Virus record (IMG/VR): IMGVR_UViG_3300002141_000152
Coordinates: 1-64,000 of that record
DNA length: 64,000 nucleotides
Source of the DNA: a virus
Strand: one strand, 5' to 3'
A program made the position numbers and the translations under genes. Below the pieces are notes generated by a model. It was not told where the DNA came from. It did not search any database and saw only the letters and a program-made list of their open reading frames with translations. Below are positions 28,669 to 38,321 of this stretch, piece after piece (position 1 is the stretch's first letter; each line of letters begins with the position of its first letter).

Positions 28669-29304
28669 ATGCCAATTAAAAAACACAATCCCTACAAAAT
28701 AGTTCAAATGTTTGAGGAAGAACTTGCACTTTATACAGGTGCACAATACGCAGTATCTGTAGATAGCTGTACAAATGCACTATTTCTTTGCTGTACATAT
28801 TTAAAAGTTAAAGAAGCAATTATTCCATCAAAAACCTATTTGTCAGTGCCGATGAGTATCGCTCAAGCTGGAGGAGAAGTAATTTTTGACACACGACATA
28901 CAACAAATCATTGGACTGGAATTTATCAAATTAAACCATATCCAATATATGATTCAGCTAAAAGACTTACATCAAATATGTATATTCCAGGATCATTTAT
29001 GTGTCTTTCATTTCATATTAAAAAACAATTAGGAATAGGTAAAGGCGGAATGATACTCACTGATGATTTAGCTGCAGTTGACTGGTTTAAGCGTGCTCGA
29101 TATGAAGGCCGAAGCGAACGCTTCTATAAAGAAGATGATATTACATCGTTCGGCTGGAATATGTATATGACTCCACAGGAAGCTGCACAGGGACTGTGTC
29201 TATTACAAAATTATCCAGAACATGTCGCAGATCAGGGAGAAGTAAATGGATATCGAGACCTTACTGAATTTTCTATTTTTAAAAGCAATAGAACCATCAA
29301 GTAA
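28669..29304 (+). CDS. Short DegT/DnrJ/EryC1/StrS sugar aminotransferase
   Basis: FEEELA.YTG..YAVSVDSCTNAL, DSA, SFH.KK.L..GKGG, G.N.YM; only 211 aa. Confidence 0.8.
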   Translation: MPIKKHNPYKIVQMFEEELALYTGAQYAVSVDSCTNALFLCCTYLKVKEAIIPSKTYLSVPMSIAQAGGEVIFDTRHTTNHWTGIYQIKPYPIYDSAKRLTSNMYIPGSFMCLSFHIKKQLGIGKGGMILTDDLAAVDWFKRARYEGRSERFYKEDDITSFGWNMYMTPQEAAQGLCLLQNYPEHVADQGEVNGYRDLTEFSIFKSNRTIK

Positions 29305-29357
29305 TAAAACTTGAAGTATCACATATCGTATTAGATGTAGTCTAATAACGCTAAAGG

Positions 29358-30059
29358 ATGAAACTTGCAGTAATAATACCTACATATTGGAAAAATGACG
29401 GTAGCACTCGTGCACATCTTGAGAAGGCGCTTAACTCCGTTGCTGATCAGACACACAAAGACTATAAAGTCTTTTTAATTGGTGATGCATATTCAGATTC
29501 TACTGAATTTATTGAGGTATCTAAAATAATTGACTCTAATAAAATATATGTTGAAAATCTTGAAGTTCCAGGAGAAAGACATAAGTATTTCAGCTATCCA
29601 CTTTGGGTATGTGGTGGAGTTGCCGCATCAAATACTGGAATTCGCGCAGCAATTGCCGCCGGTTTTGATTACATATGTCATCTAGACCACGATGATTGGT
29701 ACTTTCCAAATCATCTTAAATTACTTTCTGAAACGATTGAGTTAACTGGAACTAACTTTGTAACCACTAGGTGTGGTGCTGACTGGCCAGCCATTGCTTC
29801 AACTGAATACTTAATGAAATATCGACCTCTACCTTGTAAAATATTTAAAGTCACAACCTGCGTGAACTATAAATATTTTAATATTGTTTTTAGAAACATG
29901 ATTGAAGAATGTGGCACTGTTTATCCAAGTGATGCTGACTTATGGGCTAGAATAAATGAACTTCTAATTAATAAAAATGAGTGGGGTTATCTAATTAATG
30001 AATCAACCTGCGGTCATGGACCTGAGCAAACAGTTATTCACAATCCAACTATAATCTAA
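29358..30059 (+). CDS. GT2 glycosyltransferase
   Basis: VIIPTY, S..DQT, HLDHDD, DADLW; own AAAC-N18-TATTAG motif at 29307. Confidence 0.8.
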   Translation: MKLAVIIPTYWKNDGSTRAHLEKALNSVADQTHKDYKVFLIGDAYSDSTEFIEVSKIIDSNKIYVENLEVPGERHKYFSYPLWVCGGVAASNTGIRAAIAAGFDYICHLDHDDWYFPNHLKLLSETIELTGTNFVTTRCGADWPAIASTEYLMKYRPLPCKIFKVTTCVNYKYFNIVFRNMIEECGTVYPSDADLWARINELLINKNEWGYLINESTCGHGPEQTVIHNPTII

Positions 30060-30064
30060 AAAAG

Positions 30065-30700
30065 ATGGCAAACGGAATCTATAAAATAACAGAAGACTTT
30101 GAAAAAGAGCTTGGTGACTATACAGGTTCACCCTATGTAATCACAGTCGATAATCAAAGCAATGCACTATTCTTAGCATTAATGTATGAAAAAGTTACAG
30201 GTCAGGAGATTACAATTCCTGCAAGAACATATCCATCGGTTCCCTGTGAAATTATACATGCTGGAGCAAAGGTAAACTTTAGACCGGTTGAAGGAAAAAC
30301 AATTAAGGGGGCATATCAATTAGAACCTACAAATGTCTGGGATTCAGCACTATGCTTTACGGCAGATATGTATAAACCTGGAACACATATGTGTATCTCT
30401 TTTACTGGACCATATAAACATTTTAAATTAAGTAAAGGCGGTGCAATCTTAACTGATAATCATGATGCATATTTATGGTTTAAAAGAGCTAGATATAGCG
30501 GACGTCGTGAGTGTTCATATCATGATGATTATTTTGATATGGTAGGTTGGAATTTTTATATGATGCCTGAATTAGCTGCTCGCGGACTACTATTAATGAA
30601 CCAATTCTATAATATTGATGGTACTAAAAAGACCAATGCTGATTTAGAATTGCCTTATCCAGATTTATCTAAATTTGAAATTTATCAAAAAAATAAATAG
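30065..30700 (+). CDS. Short DegT/DnrJ/EryC1/StrS sugar aminotransferase (second copy)
   Basis: FEKEL..YTG, SNALFL, DSA, SF...YK...SKGG, GWNFYM; 211 aa. Confidence 0.8.
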   Translation: MANGIYKITEDFEKELGDYTGSPYVITVDNQSNALFLALMYEKVTGQEITIPARTYPSVPCEIIHAGAKVNFRPVEGKTIKGAYQLEPTNVWDSALCFTADMYKPGTHMCISFTGPYKHFKLSKGGAILTDNHDAYLWFKRARYSGRRECSYHDDYFDMVGWNFYMMPELAARGLLLMNQFYNIDGTKKTNADLELPYPDLSKFEIYQKNK

Positions 30701-31435
30701 GTGATGAAAATATCACAAGTGTCTGTTTCACAGGCAGCGACATATTTCAAAACAGGATTAAAAGAACGCTGGGGATTATCTGACTACTCTGACCCCAATG
30801 CTCCATGCCTATTTTTTGGAGTTTCAGATCAAGTTGATTTAATTAATAAGCATAAAGGATATAAATTACTTTATTTTATAGATAAGTACGACACATATCC
30901 TGCCAACATATCTTCGCATAATGTCATATGTTTTGCTAATCCATATTCAAAGATACCTGCACATATTAAAACTAAACCTGGATGGTTTGAAACTAGGGTA
31001 AATACTATACTTACTCCAGCCCCATTAGGTAATAAAGTTTTTGTATATCTTAGAAATCCAACATATGCAAGTTTTCATGGTTCAAATCAAATACCAATAC
31101 TTCAAAAATTAATAAATTATGAAATACTTCCGCTGTCTCCAAGTCAGCCTATCCCATTCTCAGATGTAGTAGATAATTATTATCGAAAGTGTTTTGTATC
31201 TGTGAATTTTACAGAAACTGAAGGATTAACATCGGTTTGTGATTTGGGACTTATTGGAATCAGGACAATTATGAATACTAAAATAGATTTAGCAAGTCTA
31301 TTAAAATGTAATACGTTTGAAGAAGTACCGCAATTAATAAAAAATGAATCTGTAAAAATTGGAAGTATTCAACCGATCATTAATAATTATACCATAAATC
31401 CTCATTGGCAAAATATTGATTTTTGGCTAACTTAA
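30701..31435 (+). CDS. Uncharacterised glycan-island protein (paralog of 27082..27864)
   Basis: Shared N- and C-terminal motifs with 27082..27864. Confidence 0.6.
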   Translation: MMKISQVSVSQAATYFKTGLKERWGLSDYSDPNAPCLFFGVSDQVDLINKHKGYKLLYFIDKYDTYPANISSHNVICFANPYSKIPAHIKTKPGWFETRVNTILTPAPLGNKVFVYLRNPTYASFHGSNQIPILQKLINYEILPLSPSQPIPFSDVVDNYYRKCFVSVNFTETEGLTSVCDLGLIGIRTIMNTKIDLASLLKCNTFEEVPQLIKNESVKIGSIQPIINNYTINPHWQNIDFWLT

Positions 31436-31452
31436 TTATAATTAATAAAAAT

Positions 31453-32049
31453 ATGAAAAAAGCAATAATTGGCGCTGGCGGATTTGGCCGTGAAGTTTTT
31501 TGGAGTTTATCACCAATAGAAAGAATAGGCTCTGTATTTTTTGTAGATGATGTATATTGGAAAGACAACACAGATAATGTCTATCCGCTATCTAAATTTA
31601 ATCCAGAAGAATATGAAGTTATTATTGCAGTTGGCTCGCCAGAGGCTAGAGCGAAGATTGTCGAGGCGTTACCTAAGTCGACTCGATTTTTTACACATAT
31701 TCATAAAAGCGCACAGTTACTTGCTCCAGATATTGAGATAGGTGAGGGTAGTATTATTTGTGCAAATTCAATCATTACGACTAGTGTAAAAATAGGTAAA
31801 CACTGTCACCTAAACTTAGGTTCAACGATTGGCCATGATACTGTAATTGGAGACTTTTTTACAACTGCTCCAGGAGCAAAAATTTCAGGCAACTGTGAAA
31901 TCGGAGACCGTGTATATTTTGGTACGAACTCATCAGTCAAAGAAAAAATAGAAATTTGTAGTGATGTAACGATTGGTTTAAATTCAGGTGTTGTAAAAAA
32001 TATTTACTTCCGTGGAGTATATGTTGGGCTGCCTGCTAAAAAAATATAA
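31453..32049 (+). CDS. NeuD/PglD-family sugar acetyltransferase (probable start 31453)
   Basis: IIGAGGFGRE, FVDD, IAVG...R, IGHD hexapeptide repeats, G.PAK. Confidence 0.88.
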   Translation: MKKAIIGAGGFGREVFWSLSPIERIGSVFFVDDVYWKDNTDNVYPLSKFNPEEYEVIIAVGSPEARAKIVEALPKSTRFFTHIHKSAQLLAPDIEIGEGSIICANSIITTSVKIGKHCHLNLGSTIGHDTVIGDFFTTAPGAKISGNCEIGDRVYFGTNSSVKEKIEICSDVTIGLNSGVVKNIYFRGVYVGLPAKKI

Positions 32050-32051
32050 TA

Positions 32052-32885
32052 ATGAAACTTAGTGTATCATATATTGTATTTGATGGAGTTGAATTGCTAG
32101 AACACTCAATTCGTCAAATTAGAAAGCATGCTAACCACATCAGCGTAATTTATCAGAATTTTTCATGGTTTGGAAAGAAATTATCTGCTGCTGATCTGAT
32201 CATACTTAAATCTCTTGCACGTTCTGGACAAATTGATGAACTAATACTCTTTACTTCATTTGTGCCACTTCGAAACAAGACACAATCTTCAATTCTTACT
32301 GCAAAGAGTTATGAGCGAGCTAAGAGACAGGTCGGTCTTTCTGCGGCTCTACGTAATTCATGTACTCACTATTTATGTATGGATGTAGACGAATTCTATA
32401 CTTCTGATCAATTTGCAACCGCTAAAAATCTAATTAAGACTAGTGGATTTGAGTCAACTGCTGTTCGCTTAATTAATTATGTAAATATCCCAACTGTACA
32501 TCGTGGATATGATTCAACTCGTGTCCCATTTATCTGTAAAATTTCAAATGCGTCAAAGATGAGTACCTCATTTTTTGTAAAATGTGATCCTACTCGAGGA
32601 ATTTATCCAGTATCAGCTAAACGCCATGAATTTGCTCCAAATATTATTACTATGCATCACATGGAAACAGTACGCAAAGATATATTATTGAAGTATGATT
32701 CAACTACTCGAATGATATTCAACCGTGAAAGAACACACGAGCTAATAAATAGTATAAAATCAGTAAATGAAAAAAGTAAATCAGTCAACTTTAAAAAAAT
32801 AATATTTCCTGGGTTAAATCAAGTTACATTAACTACTTGTAAAAACATATTTGGAATACCTTACACTACATGGAAAAAACAATAA
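32052..32885 (+). CDS. GT-A-like protein
   Basis: YIVFDGVELL..SI, E..KR..GL, MDVDEFY. Confidence 0.55.
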   Translation: MKLSVSYIVFDGVELLEHSIRQIRKHANHISVIYQNFSWFGKKLSAADLIILKSLARSGQIDELILFTSFVPLRNKTQSSILTAKSYERAKRQVGLSAALRNSCTHYLCMDVDEFYTSDQFATAKNLIKTSGFESTAVRLINYVNIPTVHRGYDSTRVPFICKISNASKMSTSFFVKCDPTRGIYPVSAKRHEFAPNIITMHHMETVRKDILLKYDSTTRMIFNRERTHELINSIKSVNEKSKSVNFKKIIFPGLNQVTLTTCKNIFGIPYTTWKKQ

Positions 32886-33757
32886 TTATTGCAGAGGTAG
32901 GGCTGAATTATGCCTATGGAACAGATCAATCGAAGTTCATAGAAAACGCAAAAGCTCTAATTGATGTTGCCGCTGTTTCTGGTGCAGATTATGTAAAATT
33001 CCAAAAACGGACGCCCGAACTATGTATACCTCTTGCCGAACGAGAAAAAATAAAGTCTGTTCCGTGGAGAAAAGAGGAAACTACTTATTTTCAATATAAG
33101 TTAGATATTGAATTTACAAAGGATCAATATCGAGAGATTGACGATTACTGTACTTCAAAGGGAATAAAATGGTTTGCTTCAGTATGGGATAAGGGAGCAG
33201 TTGATTTTATGCGAGGTTTCGAAACAATACTGCCAAACGGAAAATGGGGCACCATGACTAAAATACCTTCAGCCTTAATTAATGATTTAGAATTAGTCGA
33301 CTACGCTAGAAGCAGTGCAGAGTTTTTGCTTATCTCTACTGGGATGAGTACTCAAAAAGAAATTGATTCTGCGATTCAAGTCGGCTTGCCAGATGTTGTA
33401 TTTCATACAAATTCAACATATCCTGCACCAATAGAAGAATTAAATTTAGAGTATATAACATATCTTAAACATATTTCTATAGAATTTGAAAATAAATTTA
33501 AAATAGGATATTCGTCTCATGAAAGATCAATTGTTACTTGTGCTTCATCTATTTTATATGGAGCAACTTGGGTAGAGCGACATATCACTCTAGATAGAAA
33601 TTTATGGGGAAGCGATCAGTTAAGTTCATCTGATCTTCCTGAATTTGCATTGCTAATTAAAAACATTAGAGAAATTGAATCATCTAGAGGTACGTACGGA
33701 TTACGAAAAGTATTAAAATCTGAATTAGCAAAGAGAAAAACACTTAGAGGAAAATGA
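32870..33757 (+). CDS. neuB: N-acetylneuraminate/nonulosonate synthase family (no C-terminal SAF domain)
   Basis: IIAEVGLN, AD.VKFQK, ISTGMST, H..STYP, GYSSHE, ERHITLD...GSD. Confidence 0.92.
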   Translation: MEKTIIIAEVGLNYAYGTDQSKFIENAKALIDVAAVSGADYVKFQKRTPELCIPLAEREKIKSVPWRKEETTYFQYKLDIEFTKDQYREIDDYCTSKGIKWFASVWDKGAVDFMRGFETILPNGKWGTMTKIPSALINDLELVDYARSSAEFLLISTGMSTQKEIDSAIQVGLPDVVFHTNSTYPAPIEELNLEYITYLKHISIEFENKFKIGYSSHERSIVTCASSILYGATWVERHITLDRNLWGSDQLSSSDLPEFALLIKNIREIESSRGTYGLRKVLKSELAKRKTLRGK

Positions 33758-34056
33758 AGATCACACCAACAAAAATCTTTCAATTTATTGAAGGTAACCT
33801 CAAGATGCTTGGAGATAAAATGCATCTTCTACCAAAACACGAACGTGAACAAGTTCTATATCGGTCAATTGTCTGTAAAGATGATTGTATGGAATATGGA
33901 TACTGCGCCTACTGTGGATGTTCTGTTCCAGGTAAAATGTATGTGAAAGAGTCCTGTAATAACGGTGACCGCTTTCCAAATCTTATGAGTGCTCCAGATT
34001 GGGAGAAATTTAAACTTGAAAAAAATATTGAAATCGAAGGTGATATATTACATTGA
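33754..34056 (+). CDS. Small Cys-rich hypothetical protein
   Basis: C...C.....C..CGC...C pattern; ATGA coupling to neuB. Confidence 0.6.
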   Translation: MKITPTKIFQFIEGNLKMLGDKMHLLPKHEREQVLYRSIVCKDDCMEYGYCAYCGCSVPGKMYVKESCNNGDRFPNLMSAPDWEKFKLEKNIEIEGDILH

Positions 34057-34345
34057 TATTGACGATACTATTTGTACATTAGGCAGGACACTGGACTACT
34101 CAACTGCAATACCAAATCTTACTGCAATTGCTAAGGTCAACCTACTATACTCAGAAGGTCACCGCATCGTTTTCTGGACTGCTCGGGGCACTGGTTCTGG
34201 TCTGGATTGGAGACAATTAACTGAAGATCAACTCCTCTCTTGGGGCGTCCAGTATGATGAATTAAAGTTTGGAAAGCCAATATATGATGTATTTATTGAT
34301 GATAAAAATATGAATGCTGAGGATTGGTTAAATGAAGAAGACTAG
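33989..34345 (+). CDS. Short HAD phosphatase (capsule-biosynthesis phosphatase-like); true start probably about 34028-34040
   Basis: DIDDTIC, FWTARG, GKP, FIDDK. Confidence 0.82.
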   Translation: MLQIGRNLNLKKILKSKVIYYIDIDDTICTLGRTLDYSTAIPNLTAIAKVNLLYSEGHRIVFWTARGTGSGLDWRQLTEDQLLSWGVQYDELKFGKPIYDVFIDDKNMNAEDWLNEED

Positions 34346-34943
34346 AGTTCTTGTTTTAGGAAACGATCCACAAATTAATCAAATAGCTTTTGATAAACTT
34401 GCACTAGACGTTATTACGATCGGTGTAAATCGAATTTGGTTAAAGCATATCCCAAACTATTTTTTCTTTAATGATTATGATATTGTTGAAGACTTGGATG
34501 CTGCTCCAGAAATAAGAGCTAACCTTATTCAAAAGTCTAGCATTTTTGCAAGTGACTGGCTGCGACCTAGTGCTAAAAAGAGAAATGCGAATATTCCAAG
34601 TTGGGTGAAAGTATTTGAGAGAGCAGATAAATTACAATTTCCAGATGCAGTGTCTACTGGACTTCAGATTTTTTCTAGAGAATACAGCCAACAGACCAAT
34701 TGTATCTTCTATATTGCTGGCGTTTCTTTGACTTGGCAAGAACCAAGTCACTTTTGGAAAACATCAGACCACCGAACACGAAATAAGCATGGAGGTGATT
34801 GGTATACTCCAAGATTCGATAAAATGATCAATAATTTTAGAAGATTAAAGGGCCTAGGCTATACGATGGTCTCAGTCAACCCAACCTCTGCCCTAAATAA
34901 ATTTATCCGATATGAGAATATTGGAAATCTCTACCGTAAGTAA
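34332..34943 (+). CDS. Second Maf/DUF115-like protein
   Basis: VLVLGNDP, TIGVNR, YFFFND, YIAGV, HFW; same architecture as 20736..21356. Confidence 0.55.
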   Translation: MKKTRVLVLGNDPQINQIAFDKLALDVITIGVNRIWLKHIPNYFFFNDYDIVEDLDAAPEIRANLIQKSSIFASDWLRPSAKKRNANIPSWVKVFERADKLQFPDAVSTGLQIFSREYSQQTNCIFYIAGVSLTWQEPSHFWKTSDHRTRNKHGGDWYTPRFDKMINNFRRLKGLGYTMVSVNPTSALNKFIRYENIGNLYRK

Positions 34944-35735
34944 TTACAACGATACTTTTACTGTCTTTGAAAGCGTACCTTCTTTGAAGGTGTTCACAAC
35001 TGCTGAAATCGCACCTGGAGTAGGTGGAAATTTTCCATCAATTGCACTGGCCATTGCAGTCAGTAATAGAAATAGGTTATCTCCTAATACCGCTGGTCCG
35101 GTTACTGGATTGTGGCCTACTTTTACGAAATTTCCGTTTATCCAAATATCATTTGATGCAGCTTCAATTTCGCTGCCAGAGGTCATCTCGATTCTAGAGT
35201 TGGCGTGCATTGTAATATTTCCGCCACGTAATTCAATAACTGATTGTGTTTGATCGTGCTCAATTGTAATTGCTTTATCACGACCGATATTTACCTTGGA
35301 ACCCTTTAGTTGCATTGTAATACCTTTGCTGATAGAGAACCATATTTTTAGTTCTTCATCTCCATCAAATAGAACAATATGTGAACCTAAATATTCTCCA
35401 TCTTTTCCAAGTTCTTCTCGAACATCGTCTCCGATTTCGTGTAAGGAATAGTATTCTGGTGAATATTGATTTCCATTATCAAAACGAACTGCCACTACTG
35501 ATCCCTTCTTTGGAACAGAAAGCGATCCTCCAAGACCACCTTTACCAAAGAATGCAGATTTTTGTTTAGGATATGCCCATGGTAAATCTTCAACTGCAAT
35601 ATCATCAAAGATACTAATCACCCGGATCTTTGCTCTGCCCTCTTTTCTAGGGTCATTTGGATCTTCAACAATTCCTAGAAATTGTTTATCAATTAAATCG
35701 CTTGCTCTTCTGTTTATATCGTGATTGCTTTCCAT
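34944..35735 (-). CDS. Baseplate hub/spike protein, gp5-like N-terminal OB fold (no lysozyme domain)
   Basis: G.VED.NDP...GR.KIRV, LPWA.P, VP..GS.V.V.F, beta-helix-like repeats. Confidence 0.8.
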   Translation of the reverse strand: MESNHDINRRASDLIDKQFLGIVEDPNDPRKEGRAKIRVISIFDDIAVEDLPWAYPKQKSAFFGKGGLGGSLSVPKKGSVVAVRFDNGNQYSPEYYSLHEIGDDVREELGKDGEYLGSHIVLFDGDEELKIWFSISKGITMQLKGSKVNIGRDKAITIEHDQTQSVIELRGGNITMHANSRIEMTSGSEIEAASNDIWINGNFVKVGHNPVTGPAVLGDNLFLLLTAMASAIDGKFPPTPGAISAVVNTFKEGTLSKTVKVSL

Positions 35736-35766
35736 ATTAGATTATATCTTAAAACGGTGATTTGGT

Positions 35767-36825
35767 TTATTCGCCATACACATTTCCTAAATCTGTTACT
35801 GGCGGTTCTAGAAAATTACTCGCTGCTCCCAGTGCTGGATTAATTAATCCGCCGACTGTAGCTAGGGCATTCTGTATTTTTTGACTCTCCTGTTGAATAT
35901 TGTTACCGATTACTGGTAATCCAGAAAGAAATGATGCTGCGTTTTGTGCCAGAGTACCAACATTTCGTGCACTCCATGGGTTATGTATGCTTGATTTTAT
36001 TGCATCATCATATAATTTACTGCCATCTGCATATTTGCTTTCTTCTTCAAAGTAACCAATATTGATTTTGAACGAATTTGTTGCTGGTGTATTTTTTGGA
36101 GTAACATCGAGTTTAGCTCCTCCAGCAAAGGTATCAGAAAAATCAAATTCACACTGGCTACACTTAAATTTAATATAACCATACTGTTCTAATACATTAG
36201 ATAGGATATTTCCACCACCAACAATATTTCCAATCGCTCCAGTATTAACTCCTAGCAGAGTTGCGACATTTTGCCCAACTCCTGGAATTCGATATCGAAT
36301 ATTTCTAGCTTCTGCAACATATATGTCCATTGAGAACCATCTTAAATTATCCGGAACTCGTTCACGCATATATACTTTATCATACACTGCATTACGATAG
36401 ATATCTGCTAATTCGTTTATTCTTAAGTCAACTGCTTCAAGAGTAGAGACTGTTAGAGTTGCGGTCTTTCCTTTCCAACCCGTCTGCATATCAGTTGCGC
36501 CCTTCCACATTGCACCAAGTCCTTCAATACTTTGAAAATACCATGGTGCATCAAATGTTAGGAAGCGTAGGACATTCTTAAATACTTTTATGCCATGCGC
36601 TTTATCTTCATGGCCTCTATTTTTAAGAAAGGTAACCATACTGTCCTCCCTTTCGCCAAATAGTGGAGATACTGCAAGATGAGTTGAGTCATATACTATT
36701 TCTGCATCATCAAAATTAAAATCTAACGCAAATGTCAAGTAGGTAGGCTCATCATATGGATCGATGAAGGTGCCTTTTCTAAAATTGTCTACTTTATTTT
36801 TTATTCCATAAAAATTATGTGGCAT
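35767..36825 (-). CDS. Probable baseplate/tail structural protein
   Basis: Position within the baseplate operon; no specific motif recognised. Confidence 0.5.
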   Translation of the reverse strand: MPHNFYGIKNKVDNFRKGTFIDPYDEPTYLTFALDFNFDDAEIVYDSTHLAVSPLFGEREDSMVTFLKNRGHEDKAHGIKVFKNVLRFLTFDAPWYFQSIEGLGAMWKGATDMQTGWKGKTATLTVSTLEAVDLRINELADIYRNAVYDKVYMRERVPDNLRWFSMDIYVAEARNIRYRIPGVGQNVATLLGVNTGAIGNIVGGGNILSNVLEQYGYIKFKCSQCEFDFSDTFAGGAKLDVTPKNTPATNSFKINIGYFEEESKYADGSKLYDDAIKSSIHNPWSARNVGTLAQNAASFLSGLPVIGNNIQQESQKIQNALATVGGLINPALGAASNFLEPPVTDLGNVYGE

Positions 36826-36827
36826 TG

Positions 36828-38321
36828 TTAACTAGTTTTTTTAGATGGTGTCCATTCACGTCTTGATAAAAATAATTCTGTGTATAGACCGGCATGGTGC
36901 ATCGCATCATAGTGATATTTCGCTCCCGATACATAATAATATCCACTCAATTGGCTATCGACAGTCTGCCGATTTAATTTTTCATCATTTGGATCTTTTG
37001 GTTTCTGAGTTTCAGTCGGATCTGTTGCTTTCATCACTTTCTCTGCCTGCTGGATTGAAACCATTACTGGAATCGTAAATCCTCGAGCCACTTGAAAATT
37101 AATATTATCAACTGTTACTTTAAGACGAATTTTATCTAATTCTTTTAAATTATGTGAGTTTACTAAGCGCGCAGCATTCCATTCTGGATGATTATTTCCA
37201 TAATCAATATTCATCCACTTTTTAATTTCATTATTCGCTAAACTTAGTTCCGTTGGGACCAAATATTGATCTTGTGAACGATCAATACTTTTAATTGGGC
37301 TCATAAAGAAATCTTTTAACTTCTCGCCGGGTTTCTTTGTTGCCTTTAAGTGATCGTAATAGAAAATATGTTTTTTATATCCATGACTCTTAATAATTTG
37401 TCCCTGGTCTGAAAGTAAATTCATGGAGACAATATAATTCGGCTTGCCCTTATATTCTAATTCAGTTGTCAAATAATTAATCGTTGTTTCTTCTTCAAGT
37501 TGATCTCTAGTTGCAGAATCTTTTACATTTTGATTTATTCCGCTTGCTAGTGGATTTGCAGCAGTTAAAAAGGTTTTTTGAGCCTCTTCGACCTTTAATT
37601 GCTTATTTACTTCAATATAATTCAAATAGTAATACTTATCAATGAATGCCATAAAGAATGAATCATCATCCTGATAGGCGTGCTCTGCAATCGTCTGCAT
37701 AAATTGCAAAGTACCCATATTTGTATTAATCCAGGTCATCTTATCATTTGGCGTGCTTTCATTTTCAGCAAAACCTAAACCAATATTATCGCAGATCTTT
37801 TTAAGTGCATCTTTTGAATTTAGGTTAGGATAGCTCTTTGAAATATTCATATAGATCGTTGGAATATACAATTCGCCACGTACCATATATGTTATACCAA
37901 TTGAGACTCCGCTTCTTTCACCAGTGTATTTTGGTGGAATTGATTTGACTCCAGTAATTAAGAAGTCACAGCGAATAGGCTTAAGTTTTTCAGTACCGAC
38001 TTTTAAATACGCACTTAGTATAAGATCTGTCTTTGGAAAATATTCTCCAGCAAATTCTCCAAACTGATCAGTAAACGTTAATTGAATAGTTGGAATAAAA
38101 CCGGTCTCATCGATCGTCATGGTTTCAATATCCTTTACGATTTGTCCTCCGATTTTAATATAAGGAGCAGTTGATCCAGTTTTTTCTGCAGCGCTTGGTA
38201 AAGATTTTGGTGCTTTATATCCAGCCGGTGTTGTAGAATTAGCAGATGTGTCCTCTTCAAATAACGTCTTTAGCGGTACTTTCGGCAAGAGTGTTCCTTT
38301 TATAATTTGTCCAAATGACAT
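36828..38321 (-). CDS. Probable baseplate hub protein (gp27-like)
   Basis: P.I.L.F.D, D.M.W, F.D....LNY, LSG.Y.V..., L.RREW pattern; near gp5- and gp53-like genes. Confidence 0.55.
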   Translation of the reverse strand: MSFGQIIKGTLLPKVPLKTLFEEDTSANSTTPAGYKAPKSLPSAAEKTGSTAPYIKIGGQIVKDIETMTIDETGFIPTIQLTFTDQFGEFAGEYFPKTDLILSAYLKVGTEKLKPIRCDFLITGVKSIPPKYTGERSGVSIGITYMVRGELYIPTIYMNISKSYPNLNSKDALKKICDNIGLGFAENESTPNDKMTWINTNMGTLQFMQTIAEHAYQDDDSFFMAFIDKYYYLNYIEVNKQLKVEEAQKTFLTAANPLASGINQNVKDSATRDQLEEETTINYLTTELEYKGKPNYIVSMNLLSDQGQIIKSHGYKKHIFYYDHLKATKKPGEKLKDFFMSPIKSIDRSQDQYLVPTELSLANNEIKKWMNIDYGNNHPEWNAARLVNSHNLKELDKIRLKVTVDNINFQVARGFTIPVMVSIQQAEKVMKATDPTETQKPKDPNDEKLNRQTVDSQLSGYYYVSGAKYHYDAMHHAGLYTELFLSRREWTPSKKTS

